Assembly (NCBI RefSeq): GCF_006345805.1
Contig: NC_042999.1
Span: 65,038,001 to 65,102,000 of the forward strand
Length of the DNA: 64,000 nucleotides
Direction: 5' to 3'
Origin: Octopus sinensis
Taxonomy: Eukaryota
Position 1 is the first letter of the stretch; the number at the start of each line of letters is the position of its first letter. The notes under the pieces were generated by a model, which searched no databases, was not told the DNA's origin, and worked only from the letters and a program-made list of their open reading frames with translations. Positions 1 through 13,149 of the stretch are shown here, piece after piece. The position numbers were made by a program, and so were the translations under genes.

Positions 1-59
1 CGGTACGTCAGTATGACGGTAATGTGATAAACGATACGATTCAAACATATAAATATATA

Positions 60-975
60 CATACAGACATAAGTAAATGCATACACACGTTTACAAATGT
101 CCATATGTACATACATACTCATTCATATACACATACATACACACTCTTGTATACATACATACATACATGCATACAAGCACATGCGCATACTTGCATACAT
201 ATCTTCGAAGCTACATAGGTGCACACGTGCATGCATTTATATGTACATACACATTTATACATATACCTACACACATTTGCTCACACACACGCGCACACGC
301 ACACACACACACACAAACATACATACACACATATATTTATGTTTCTTTATTAGCCACACAGGGCTGGACACAGACGGGACAAATTACAAAGTAGAGCTTT
401 TCTTTTTGGGAAGAGAAATTAAAAAGAATAAAAGGTGGGGTAGGTTTTCGATCCAAAGGGATGGTAGAAAGGAAGAAAAAAAAAACAAGAAAAACGAAAA
501 AAAGAAAAGAAAAAAAAACGATCAATAAGGATCGTGTATCACAGAAATGTCAATCGAACCCGGCAAGCACGCTAGATCTACGAACTAAAGTGTAAAATTT
601 ATATTAATGAAATCACAGTCGTTCTTTTTTTTTTTCAAATATAACAAACTGTACCAAGGATCTCACATATTTTCCAATACATACATACATACATACATAC
701 ATACATACATACATACATACATACATACATACATACATACATACATTCTACATACATACATACATACATACATACATACACACACACATACATACTAACA
801 TATAGACATAGAAGAAGATCTAAATCGGAAATGGATGCGTGGCGTTCAATCATATGGAATATAAAAATATATAATATATATATATAATATATATATATAT
901 AATATATATATTAGATATAATGTATAGATATATATATATATATATAGATATATATATATATATATATATATAGTA
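60..975. repeat. Compound microsatellite region: degenerate (CA/TA)n, (TACA)n, (TA)n
   Basis: (TACA)n at ~677-795, (TA)n at ~865-975; explains the HTYI/YIYI ORFs. Confidence 0.95.
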
Positions 976-1590
976 TGTATGTATATTGCATGTATATGCA
1001 TCTATATATAGTATTGTTCATATATAAACGTATATATATATATATAATATATATATATACATATCTAAGCAAATATGTGTACGTATGTATGTAGGTAGGT
1101 ACGTATGTAGGTATGTATATCTGTCCACATAAATCAGTGTGCTGGTTTATGTATATACGTATGAGTGAATGTTTGTATGTGTGCGTGTGTGTGTTTGTGT
1201 GTGTGCGTGTGTGTGTGTGTGTGTATAGTTTTTGTTTTCCGGTGGTATTAATTTGACAAGGATGTGCGTGTGTTCGTTTTCTTTTCACAGCCTATTGTTT
1301 ACAAATTGGTGAACCACCTTAGCGTGTTACAGCACAAGGAGAGAGAAATACGTCAGCTGATGAGTCGTAACTTATTCTCATCTCCATGTGCATCTCTACG
1401 TACTACTATACGTGTGTGTGTGTGTGTGTGTGTTTGATCTTTATGATAATTTTTTGATTAGTGGTTTGAGAGGTAGTGACAGTGCAATGACCAACAGAAC
1501 CAACAGACTGATAAACTCGTTGTATGAGCGTATGAGAGCGTGTGTATAGATCCTTATATATATTACATAATATAACTATATATAGATGTG

Positions 1591-1675
<85 letters not shown>

Positions 1676-1739
1676 CACGTATACGTCTATATATAGTTAT
1701 CTTTATATAAAACATATATGTAGCTAGTAAATATATATA

Positions 1740-2080
1740 TATATAGTATTTGTTGCCACTTCAAGAGACTGTTCCGCACGGAACAACGTTACCACACTTT
1801 TTTAACCCCAGGAGAATACCTCCTCCAGCTGGCTAACGACGTGACCTGTTTCTGATAGATTGCGCGTTGGGGGGGGGGGCGGCAACCCCTTGCATCTAGC
1901 GATTTGACCGGACCATTAGATCAGTCAGGTTTCAGGGTAATTTTCCCTTCTTCAGAACTCTCAATATATCGGGCGCATGTTGTGTCGTTGACCCGCTGGA
2001 GGAGGCGTTCTGCTGTGGTGTTACTACTTACATCTCTTCCAGAGATTATAGAACTAGCTACATTACTATATATAATATAT
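1740..2080 (-). mobile_element. Diverged retrozyme/Penelope pLTR-like element between (TA)n tracts, with imperfect internal inverted repeats
   Basis: 1799-1833 TTTTTAACCCCAGGAGAATACCTCCTCCAGCTGGC resembles 26907-26942 of the retrozyme unit; CCTCCTCCAGC / GCTGGAGGAGG inverted pair; degenerate HHR core on the minus strand. Confidence 0.5.
1923..1959 (-). ncRNA. Degenerate hammerhead-like motif
   Basis: Minus strand AGTT-CTGAAGA-AGGG(AAAATTA)CCCT-GAAA-CCT-GACT; core and stem II present, no valid NUH triplet. Confidence 0.4.
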
Positions 2081-2092
2081 AGTATATAATAG

Positions 2093-2128
<36 letters not shown>

Positions 2129-2369
2129 GGCAAGTCGAACAACAAAAGTTGAACATTAACAATCAAACATTATAAGCAACAAGAGGAAAAGAGAGTGACA
2201 AGGGGTTGCAGAAAAAGTTATGCCTTAAAGGACCTCGCGAAAGGGCTGGTAGGAGGCCGAGCCTTCCGAGTTCTTTTACAAAGCTTATAAAAACTGAAGG
2301 ACCGCAATAACTTATTTTTCTGTATATTTTTTACGCAAAACTCGGAACTCTTCAGCACCCTCGAAAATA

Positions 2370-2375
2370 TATCTA

Positions 2376-2440
<65 letters not shown>

Positions 2441-2590
2441 GTCTGCCTATCTATCTATTTTTTTTTTTGCATTTGCTTTCCTCTTTCTTTCCCTTTTGAT
2501 CGAACCCCCCCTTTTTTTATCCCCAAAAGAAAGCTTTACCTTTTAATTTGTCCCGTCTGTGTGCAGCCCCGTGTGGCTAATTAAGAAACA

Positions 2591-2665
<75 letters not shown>

Positions 2666-2746
2666 ATTTATATGTATAATTACATTTGTATACATATTAA
2701 ATACGTCTCTATATAAAAAGGGTATGTGTGTGTGTGTGTATGTGTG

Positions 2747-2789
<43 letters not shown>

Positions 2790-2790
2790 A
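2370..2790. repeat. (ATCT)n and (GA)n microsatellites
   Basis: (ATCT)n at ~2370-2460 and ~2590-2665; (GA)n at ~2750-2786. Confidence 0.95.
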
Positions 2791-2947
2791 GTGAGACATA
2801 TACACATCTTTGTGCGATTGTAGCTACCAAGTAGGACACAGTGAGCAAAGTGACCTCATATTACATATTACATTTATTAGCTCACTGTGTGACCGCAATG
2901 ACAAAAGCTCAGACCGCCCTTCGAAGCCGGTAAATAGAAACAGAAAA

Positions 2948-3101
2948 TGAAATGAAATAACAGTCGCCCTTCTAACCAAAGGAACGAAGCCGGAAGTTTT
3001 GTCGGAGCAGTGTAGCGGGTTATATGAAATGAAATAACAGTCGCCCTTCTACCAAAGGAACGAAGCCGGAAGTTTTGTCGGAGCAGTGTAGCGGGTTATA
3101 T
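2948..3101. repeat. Two-copy ~77-bp tandem duplication
   Basis: TGAAATGAAATAACAGTCGCCCTTCT...GCGGGTTATA starts at 2948 and 3025. Confidence 0.9.
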
Positions 3102-3318
3102 GAACCCCAGCGTTCGATTTGTACTTCTCTCATGAACTTCTAAGAAGGTCTTAATTGAGAAACGCTATGTTGAATTCTATGATGAGAAGTCTCCCGCGGT
3201 GGAATTTGAACTCAGAACGTAAAAGACAGATGAAATGAGGCTAAGTTATCTGCCTCGCATGCTAACGGCGATGCCAAGCTCATCATCGATTTAAGTAAGC
3301 ATAATAATAATAATGATG

Positions 3319-3354
<36 letters not shown>

Positions 3355-3719
3355 TAATATAATAATAATAATAATAATAATAATGTAAAAGTATTCAATC
3401 AGCGCTTCGACATGCACCGCAGATACTGCTACTACTACAATTATACGTAACATAAGAATACACAGTTGTTCGTATACATAGACGTTTTCATATATATATA
3501 TATATATAGCATATATATATATATGTATAGCATGCATGCATGCCTTGGCGTGGCTGCGTGGTTATGAGGTACGCTCTGCAGCCACGTGGTCTCAGGTTCA
3601 TTCCCAGTGTGCAATATCTTGCGAAAGCGTGTTCTTACTTTAGCCCCCGGCCCGACCAGTAGCGTGCGAGCCAATTTGATAGACGGAAACAGTGTGGGAA
3701 CCACGTATGTCTGTATATA

Positions 3720-3770
<51 letters not shown>

Positions 3771-3964
3771 ATGTATGTATGTATGTATGTATATATATAT
3801 GTATGTATGTATATATACATATATATATATATATGTATGTTATATATCATATATATATATATTTATATGTATATATATGTGATATATATATGTATATATA
3901 TGTATATATATATGTATGTATATATATGGATATATATATATATTTATATATATATTTATATATA

Positions 3965-4003
<39 letters not shown>

Positions 4004-4446
4004 CACACATCTTATTTTGAGCTTTATTTTCCTTTACGTATATATTATTATATTATATATATATATTATACATATATAAACACACGCTTATGTGTATACA
4101 CACACATACACACATATACATACATGTGTATGTATATGTATATATACGTATGAATGTTACATATCCATTTATACAACTTTCGCGTGTATATATGCATCTG
4201 TTTTATTTGTGTATTTGTGTTGCGGTTGTCTACCCACCGCTTGACAGCCGCCGTTTCTTTGTTTACATCCCAGGAACATAACATAACATAGCGGTTCGGC
4301 ATAAGGGTCCGCTAGAATAAGAACCAGCCTTAAAGACAAATAAAATACAAAGGGCCAATTTGTTCGACTTGCGATCACTGACGCCGGGCACCCCCAGCGA
4401 AGCCCGCTGTCCGTAAAGGATACAAAAATTTATAAATAAATAAATA

Positions 4447-4616
4447 GGAGTGGCTGTGTGGTAAGTAGCTTGCTTACCAACCACATGGTTCCTTGTTCAG
4501 TCCCACTGCGTGGGTCCTTGGTCAAGTGTCTTCTACTATATATAGCCTTGGGCCGACCAAATCCTTGTGAGTGGATTTTTGTAGATGGAGACTGAAAGAA
4601 GCCCATCGTATATGTG

Positions 4617-4648
<32 letters not shown>

Positions 4649-4855
4649 CGTTTATGTGTTTGTATTTGTTCTCCCAACATCGCTTGATAACCGATGCTGG
4701 TGTGTTTACGTCCCCGTAAATTAGCGGTTCGGCAAAAAAAAAAAAACCGATAGAATAAGTACTAGGCTTACAAAGAATAAGTCCTAGGGTCGATTTGCTC
4801 GATTGACTAAAGGCGGTGCTCCAGCATGGCCGCAGTCAAATGACTGGAGCAAGTT
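4447..4855 (+). mobile_element. SINE family A (tRNA head, CORE-like domain, internal microsatellite, L2-like tail; octopus OR-type)
   Basis: Head GGAGTGGCTGTGTGGTAAGTAGC, CORE-like CCTTGG(G/T)CAAGTGTCTT, tail GGTGCTCCAGCATGGCCGCAGTCAAATGACTG; a 3'-half fragment lies just upstream at ~4195-4380. Confidence 0.85.
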
Positions 4856-4945
4856 TAACGAGTAAACGAGAGATAAATAAATAAAAGATTCGAGAGCGGA
4901 GAAATATATATTTCATATTTAAGAATAACAACATCGTTAACTCAC

Positions 4946-5013
4946 CTTGTTTTGGATTTTAAATGTGTGTTCCCCTTACAAAAAACATGTGCTTCTCTGC
5001 TAGCTGAAACCAT
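4946..5013 (-). other. Candidate first coding exon (MVSASREAHVFCKGNTHLKSKT...)
   Basis: ATG at 5013-5011, open frame to a consensus donor CAAG|GTGAGT at 4946/4945, in non-repetitive sequence; no homolog recognised. Confidence 0.25.
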
Positions 5014-5263
5014 CTCCGACAGCGGTAATTCAGTGAAGTGTGTTGTTATCAGCTGTGCTGCGTTGTGCCGTACAAACAACAAGCTGTACTGCTGCTGCTA
5101 CTTACGTAATATGAATTTAAGCTACAACAGCCTCATAGAAGAATTGTCGCTTAACTTTTTCCCTCTCTTAAGATTGATTGAGAATTTTTACAATTTTACA
5201 GCTCAAACACTTGTTTGAAGACGAAGGTATATTGCCGTTTAGTTAATATATTGACGCACGAAC

Positions 5264-5298
<35 letters not shown>

Positions 5299-5386
5299 AT
5301 AATTTTAATCCAAACGGGAAACAAAAAAACAACAACAATGGAACAATTACAGTATTATTATTAATAGGCGCTCAGGAAATGGAAGC

Positions 5387-5424
<38 letters not shown>

Positions 5425-5584
5425 ATATATTATATGTATATATGTATATATGAATATATATATAAAAGTCTAGTACGTGTACAAAAGTGTGTGTGTTTGT
5501 GTGTATGTTGTAAAATATATGTCTGGATGTTTGTATATCTGATTATGGATAGATGATGGATCGAAGTGTCTCCGTATGTACGTA

Positions 5585-5619
<35 letters not shown>

Positions 5620-5679
5620 GAGTGTAATATGTGTACGAGTGTATCTATATTTGTCTGATTTTCATGGATGTACGTACGT

Positions 5680-5720
<41 letters not shown>

Positions 5721-6790
5721 ATGTATGTATTGTATGTATGTAATTATGTATGTATGTATGATGTATGTATGTTGTATATGTTGTGATATCTGTGATGCAA
5801 ATAAGCCACCCTAATTATTATATATATATATAATATATATATATATTATATATATATATATATATAATATATATATATTATATATATATAATATATCTAT
5901 ATATATGGACGCTTTTATTTACTTATTTATGTGCGTATATATTTATGCACGGTTTGTTCAGACGCGAGTATGTGGATGTGTATATGTGTTTGTGTATATG
6001 CTATTACATGCTCGTATGTTATTGTGTGTGCGAGTGTGTGAGTGTGTGCGAGTGTGTGTGCGGGTGAAAGAGGTGTCTCGCTAAGTGCGTACGCCTCTGT
6101 CCATGTGTGTACGTGGCTTTATGTGAACTAAATCTGTGTGTTTGTGGTATGTCTGCGTGTGTGTATGTTAGCATCAATGTTGCTAGTGCTGATATAAAAC
6201 TTGTTAAACGGATGCACTCGTTTAACACATTTATGTTTATTGTTGTCAAATCGGAGTTGCACAAACTTCCTTGATCGAAAGACTGCCGACAATTACTCTC
6301 CAGACGTTTTACGAACAATGTATCGGATTAATTGATCCAACGTGTTTATCCGTCGTTAAGCCGGTAGCAAGTAATGCGAACGAGATTCCGGCTGTTATTT
6401 CTAGCAATTTTCATCGGTGGTTCCTGTCTGCGTTTTGTTGATGTTAGTATATAATGAGACAGAGTGAATCCTTCACATTTTTTACTGCACCAGGAAGCAG
6501 CGTGGTGTTGTTGTTGTTGTTGTTGTTGATGTTACCGCTACTCCTGCTGATGCTGCGGGTGGTGATGATGATGATGCTCACGTGGCTGCTGGTGGTGTGT
6601 TGCTGTTGTTGTTGTTGCTGCTGTTGTCTTCGCTACAGCTGTTGCTGCTGCTGTTGATAGGCTGTCACTGATGTTGCTGGTGAAAACTTTGTTATTATAG
6701 TTGCTAATGTTAACGATGACAACGATGCCGTTGCTATTGTTGCTAACGACGATGTTTGTGTCGCTGTTGTTGTTGTTGTTGTTGGTATTA

Positions 6791-6982
6791 GGCGTGGCTG
6801 TGTGGTAAGAAGCTGGCTTCCCAACTACACGGGTTCGGGTTCAGTCCCACTGCGTAGCACCTTGGACAAGTGTCTTCTATAGCCTCGGGCCGACCAAAGC
6901 CTTGTGAGTGGATTTCGTAGACGGAAACAGAAAGAAGCCCGTCGTATACATACACACATGCATACATACATACACACATATA

Positions 6983-7025
<43 letters not shown>

Positions 7026-7232
7026 TTGTTTTTTGTGCTTATCCTTCACCACCGCTTGACGACCGGTGTTGGTGTATTTGTGTCCCCGTAACTTAGCGGC
7101 TCGGCAAAGGTTAACCGATAGAAAAAGTAACAGGCTTAAACAGGAAGTACTGGGGGTCGATTCATTCATTCGACTAAAAATTCAAGACGGCGCCCCAGCA
7201 TGGCCGCAGTCTAATGACTGAAACAAGTAAAT
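6791..7232 (+). mobile_element. SINE family A
   Basis: Full head, core, microsatellite and tail as at 4447. Confidence 0.85.
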
Positions 7233-7711
7233 GACAAACGAGAAAAAAGATATTGTTGTTGCTAATATTGACGATGGCGATGTTGTTGTTGCTATTGTTG
7301 CCGTCGACGAAGTTTGTAAGTTTGTGTCGCTGTTGTTGATATCAGAAAGAACTGTTTGATGCTAACGTTGGTGTCGGCGTTGCTGTTGTGGTCGTTGTTT
7401 TCGTTGTTGTTGTTGTTGTTGCTGTTGGCGGTGATGGTGGTAGCGGTGGTGATAGTGTTGTTATTGTTGTGATGTTGCTACTTTTGGTTGTGATGCTGAT
7501 ATTACTACTCTCATCGCTGTTGTCGTTGCCGCTGTAGTTGTTTGTTGTTGTTAGTGATGCGTCTGTATTGCTGTTGTGGCTGTCGACGAAGTTTGTGTCG
7601 CTGTTGTTGATATTAGAACGAACAGTTGATGCGAATGCTGGTGTCACTGATGCTCTCGTCGTGGTCGTGGTCGTTGATGCTAATGTTGTTGATATTACTA
7701 CTCTCATTTAC

Positions 7712-8105
7712 CGCCAGCTGGCAGAACCGTTAGCATGCCGGGCGAAATGCGTAGCCGTATTTCGTCTGCCGTTACGTTCTGAGTTCAAATTCCGCCGAGG
7801 TCAACTTTGCCTTTCATCCTTTCGGGGTCGATTAACTAAGTACCAGTTACGCACTGAGGTCGATGTAATCGACTTAATCCGTTTGTCTGTCCTTGTTTGT
7901 CCTCTCTGTGTTTAGCCCCTTGTGGGTAGTAAAGAAATAGGTATTTCGTCTGCCGTTACGTTCTGAGTTCAAATTCGGCCGAGGTCGACTTTGCCTTTCA
8001 TCCCTTCGGGGTCGATAAAATATATACCAGTTGATTACTGTGGGTCGATGTCATTGATTCACCCTCTCCCTCAAATTTGCTGGACTTGTGCCAAAATTTG
8101 AAAGC
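7712..8105 (+). mobile_element. SINE family B (tRNA head + Nin/Deu-like domain), dimeric form
   Basis: Head GCTGGCAGAACCGTTAGCATGCCGGGCGAAATGC, B-box-like GAGTTCAAATTCC, domain GACTTTGCCTTTCATCCTTTCGGGGTCGAT..AAGTACCAG; second head-truncated unit from ~7940. Confidence 0.85.
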
Positions 8106-8377
8106 GTTAATGCTGGTGTTGTTGTTAGAGTTCTTCTTGCTGTTATTGGTGGCGGTGGTGGTAATGGTGGTGGTGTTAGTGGTGGTGGTGGTGGTGGTGC
8201 AGTGCTGTTGTTTTTGTTGGTGTTGGGGGCGGCGGTGACACTGGGAGTGTTGGTGCTGGTGATTGTACACGTTGTCACTTTGTAAGTTGTTATTATGTTG
8301 TGATGTGTTCTCTAATCGTGTTGATATATTTATAGAATATAAGCACACATAGAGAGGGGGCAGAAATATATACATAC

Positions 8378-8464
<87 letters not shown>

Positions 8465-8626
8465 TGTATATACATCTATGTATGGATAAAATTTAAAAAA
8501 AAAATTTTATCAATGGCCAGCGTATTAAAAAAGACCTTTAAAGGTAATTTATAAATAACTTATAAAATAGGGGCAAAAGGAAAAAAAATTCTTTTGCCCT
8601 ATTGTTATAAGTTATATATATATATA

Positions 8627-9038
8627 CTCTCTTTTACTTTTTTACTTCTTTCAGTCATTTGACTGCGGCCATGCTGGAGCACCGCTTTTAGTCGAGCACA
8701 TCGACACCAGGACTTATTCTTTGTAAGCCTAGTACTTATTCTATCAGAGTCTTTTGCCGAATCGCTAAGTTACGGGGACGTAAACACACCAGCATCGGTT
8801 GTGAAGTGATGTCTGAGGGGCCAAACACAGACACACAAACACACACACACACATACACACATACACATATATACATACGACGGGCTTCTTTCAGTTACCG
8901 TCTACCAAATCCACTCACAAGGCTTTGGTCGGCCCGAGGCTATAGTAGAAAACAGTTACCCAAGGTGCCACGTAGTGGGACTCTAACTCGGAACCATGTG
9001 GTTTGTAAGCAAGCTACTTACCACTCCCCCAGCCACGC
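8627..9038 (-). mobile_element. SINE family A
   Basis: Reverse complement of family A; further minus-strand fragments at ~9345-9590. Confidence 0.85.
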
Positions 9039-9049
9039 ATTATAACACG

Positions 9050-9104
<55 letters not shown>

Positions 9105-9689
9105 GTGTGCGTGTCTGCGGGTATATATGTACCTGTATGTATGTGTATGTGCGCATGTATGAGTCTTTGTTGTTACCGGTAGCATATGAGTTGGTGGTGA
9201 TGATGACGGGGGTGGCTTTATAGGTATTCGTCATAGTTAAAGTGTTGATGTTGTTGTTGATAATAGAAGTGATAGCGATGATGGTGGTGGGGATGGTGGT
9301 GAAGGGGGAGTTGGTGGCAGCGGTAGTGGTTCGTAAGGAAGCTACTTACCACACGGCAAATCCTAACTTTCTTTTAACTTTTATGTTTCTGCCTTTAGTG
9401 CATATATTTTTAAAAGCCTGGCCCTTATTCCGTCGATCTCTTTTGTCGAACCGCTATTCTACGTGGACCTAAACACACCAACGCCAATTGACAAGCGATG
9501 AGGAGCGAAATTAGAAGACCCTTGCCCGAAGTGTCACGCGGTTAGACTGAATCCGTCTACGTGGTTGCGAAGCAAACTTCCTACCACACAACCACACCTG
9601 AGCATATAATTTAAAATTCTCACCGTCTAATCTATTGCTGAATGTTTTGTTGTTGTTGTTGCTGTTTCTTTGTTTGTTTGTTTCTTTCT

Positions 9690-10057
9690 TTGTTTGTTGA
9701 GCGAAGCGGTCTTCGTCCTTTAGTGGGAGAAGTCCGAAACGTGGTCCTTTGCTATCCGTAAGACTCGCAGAAGAGAAAGCAGGCCAACTCCCGACACCGA
9801 GATCATCGACGGATGGATGAATGCGCATCCAGGCTCAGCGGTTGCGTAGGAAGTCGGGGACAAGAAACGGGAAGAGAGAGTGAGAGAAAGTTGGAGCGAA
9901 AGAGTACAACAGGGGTCGCCACCATCCCCTGTCGGAGCCTCGTGGAGCTTTAGGTGTTTTCGCTCAATAAACACACACAACGCCCGGTCTGGTAATCGAA
10001 GCCGCGATCCTCCGACCGCGAGTCCGCTGCCCTAACCCACTGGGCCATTGCGCCTCC
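9690..10057 (-). mobile_element. SINE family C (tRNA-like head, V/Meta-like central motif), variant tail
   Basis: Minus strand GGAGGCGCAATGGCCCAGTGG..GTTAGGGCAGCGGACTCGCGG...TTCGAT (A/B boxes); body shared with 21655-21935 but with a different 3' half. Confidence 0.75.
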
Positions 10058-10379
10058 TGCTGTTGCTGTTGTTATTCTTGTTCGTGTTGTGATGTGAGGT
10101 TTAGGAGTGATGTCAAATGCTATTGTTATGATGGTGTTTTCATGAATGCGTTGTTTGTTGTTAATGTATTTAATATTGCTGTTAACTTAATGTGTCGCCA
10201 TTGTTGTTTATTTTGATTCAGCCCAAGGTCAATCTGGACCCAGCAGACACATGGCAAAATCCTCGTTGTTTAATGATAGCTACTTGGCCGAGGAGCAAAC
10301 GCTCATTTGTTGTTAGCTTTCCCAAGGATAACATTATCAGAATCCTGCGATTATAAGACTCCATAATGCCCTCACCAAC

Positions 10380-10600
10380 GAAAGGAAGAAATATAAAGCA
10401 AGACTCAAGTTGAAAGCTGTGCCAAAGAATATAATAATTGTGCTGCCGAAAAACATTATCATGATGTAAAAGAAAAGATGATTCGAGATTGGAGAGTAAA
10501 CGCAGTCGCATTAAAGGGTATGCCAAGTAATAAATGTACATTAAGAAAACGTGCAGCCTATTGGCTGCTATTTGGAAACCATGTAGCTGACATGAAACTT
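10380..10600 (+). pseudogene. Fossil pogo/Tigger (POGK-like) transposase N-terminal Brinker-type HTH
   Basis: With one frameshift reads RKKYKARLKLKAV/AKEYNNCAAEKHYHDVKEKMIRDWRVNAVALKGMPSNKCTLRK...NHVAD. Confidence 0.7.
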
Positions 10601-10811
10601 TAATATCATCAAAATGTTTACATATTGAGACGGGATAATGTATTTTTACATTTTAGCAGGTTACATATAATACTGTATTTTATGCTAGGGTTGATCTGTC
10701 ATCTTATACTTTGGCATTTCTGCTTATACATTGGCCATGAATACTAGTATAACTTTAAAATTTGTGTCTCGAGTTCCTCCGTTGAAATGCCGCTGGAACG
10801 TATATATTTCT

Positions 10812-11045
10812 TTACTACCCACAAGGGGCTAAATACAGAGGGGACAAACAAGGACAGACAAACGGATTAAGTTGATTACATCGACCCCAGTGCGTAACTG
10901 GTACTTGATTTATCAACTCCGAAAGGATGAAAGGCAAAGTGGACCTCGGCGAAATTTGAACTCAGAACGTAACCGCAGACGAAATACGGCTACGCATTTC
11001 GCCTGGCGTGCTAACGTTTCTACCAGCTCGACGCCTTCTTCCGCT
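10812..11045 (-). mobile_element. SINE family B
   Basis: Reverse complement of the 7712 family. Confidence 0.85.
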
Positions 11046-11402
11046 AAGAAGGTATTTGCCCGATATCTTTTAGTTTGAGCTGTCAATGTTTTGGTGTCGT
11101 CCTGGTAAATTAATGCTGTTTGAACTTTCGCCATTTTCACACACACACGCACACATACACTCTAACACACACACACACACACACACAAACACATATACAC
11201 TCTCTCTCATGCACACGCACACAAACACACATGCACGAAAGACTCGAAGTGACATGTGATCCTTATTCTTCCTTCTCGCAGTATTATTTATCTTGCGTAT
11301 GGTGTACTCAGTAAATACATACACCAATATATCTTCGATTAAAATTATAATATGAAAACATTCATTATGTAAAAACGCATTTTTATATTTTCATTTTCAT
11401 AT

Positions 11403-11576
11403 AGGCGTAGGATTGGCTGTGTAGTAAGTAGCTTGTTTACGAACCACATGGTTCCGGGTTCAGTCCCACTGCGTGGCACCTTGGGCATGTGTCTTCTACT
11501 ATAGCCTCGGGTCGACCAAAGTCTTGTGAGTGGATTTGGTAGACGGAAACTGAAAGAAGCCTGTCGTATTTCTGTC

Positions 11577-11607
<31 letters not shown>

Positions 11608-11830
11608 GTATGTGTGTGTATATGTTTGTGTGTCTGTGGTTGTCCCTCCAGCATAGCTTGACCACCGATGGTGGTGTGTTTACGTCCCCGTAACTTAGCG
11701 GTTCGGCAAAAAGAGCCCGATAGAATAAGTACTATGCTTACATAGAATAAGTCCTGGGGTCAATTTGCTCGACCAAAGGCGGTGCCCCAGCATGGCCACA
11801 GTCAAATGACTGAAACAAGTAAAAGAGAAA
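11403..11830 (+). mobile_element. SINE family A
   Basis: Full-length copy. Confidence 0.85.
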
Positions 11831-11833
11831 AAA

Positions 11834-11874
<41 letters not shown>

Positions 11875-11894
11875 TTGAGTAATTGAATGAATTA

Positions 11895-12575
11895 TCTTAT
11901 TAAGGATACTTCGAAAGATAACCGATACCCGGGTAGCAAATTCACATCAGAAAGAACACGGTTGAAGCTACGTCCCTAGGGCATAGACTACGTGTCTTCG
12001 TGCGGAAATTTGTATGTTTATTTTAAAATTATAAGTATATGAAAGAATTGAGTTGAACGACTAGTTAACAAATATCCTTTATTCTCGACATATGTTTCGA
12101 AGGCTGCATGTGTATGTGTGTGTCTGAATGCGTGATACACACATTAAGACAGTTATATACAGTCACACACACAGGCACTCATTCACAAAAGAAATCATTT
12201 AAACTCACCATTCTTTTGACTTGCACTCTCTCACCTTACTATTCTTATGTCTCCCTCCTCCTACTTTGTTTGAACTCTTGAACCTTTAGAAACTTCTAGA
12301 TTCTTCTACATTCAGCCACTCTGACGTCACTCATTATAAAGAGACACTCATTATCGCCATGGGCTCCTTGAGAGCGGTCAGCTAAAAGTTTTTTGTGCAT
12401 TTTGATGTCGACATAAGTTCCTTGATTTTCCTGATGAGAAATCTGCATAATGTACTCCTTATTCCTTCGGAATTAGGAATATGCAGCCTTCGAAACATAT
12501 GTCGAGGATAAAGGATATTTGTTAACTAGTCGTTCAACTCAATTCTTTCATATACTTATAATTTTAAAATATATA
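11895..12575 (+). mobile_element. Penelope-like pLTR remnant with HHR and a 5' inverted partial copy
   Basis: ~12020-12110 is the reverse complement of ~12481-12572; HHR at 12426-12508; TA-rich flanks. Confidence 0.7.
12426..12508 (+). ncRNA. Type I hammerhead ribozyme, long-stem-II family
   Basis: TTTTC-CTGATGA(12431-12437)-GAAATCTGCATA...TATGCAGCCTTC-GAAA-CATATG-TC-GAGGA; palindromic stem III ACATATGT; GUC cleavage predicted after 12503; stem I relies on G-U pairs. Confidence 0.7.
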
Positions 12576-12740
12576 TGTATATATATATCATTATTATTTA
12601 CTCGGAGTTTTACGACGAACGGGAACGTGAAACAGGTTTTGTTGAATTTCTGCTGCTTTTAAATAAAGCATATTACTCTACCCCTGGTATTTGAGTACTC
12701 TTTTTCCCACCTTGTTTCACATATATGTGTTTACTACTCC

Positions 12741-12819
<79 letters not shown>

Positions 12820-13149
12820 GTGTATCTGAATATATATATGTGTGTGTGTATATATTTATATATGGGTATCTGTATTATATATTGTGTGTGTGTGTGTATG
12901 TATATATATATAATTATATGCATACATGTATACATATATAACATATATACATATGTGTGCGAATGAATGTATATTCGAAAACAATTATTGTTTTCTGATT
13001 ATTCTTTAATACAATATTATGGACATATAGACATCATAACTTGAGACAAACCAATCAGAGAACGCGGTGCAAAATTTATTAGGTCTTCACGTGTCTGTTT
13101 CGTATTGATTATTTTTGCTCATGTTTGAAATGGAGGTGTTCTGTGTGGT

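Noticed and set aside
1340-1370. GAAATACGTCAGCTGATGA as a type II hammerhead
   Set aside because: Stems I and III cannot form
1291-1410. Strong plus-strand acceptor (TTTTCTTTTCACAG at 1290) followed by an open frame PIVYKLVNHLSVLQHKEREIRQLMS
   Set aside because: No convincing donor and no recognisable homolog; needs RNA-seq
2260-2360. Minus-strand CTGAAGA followed by a long hairpin
   Set aside because: No GAAA after the stem; an ordinary inverted repeat in a repeat fragment
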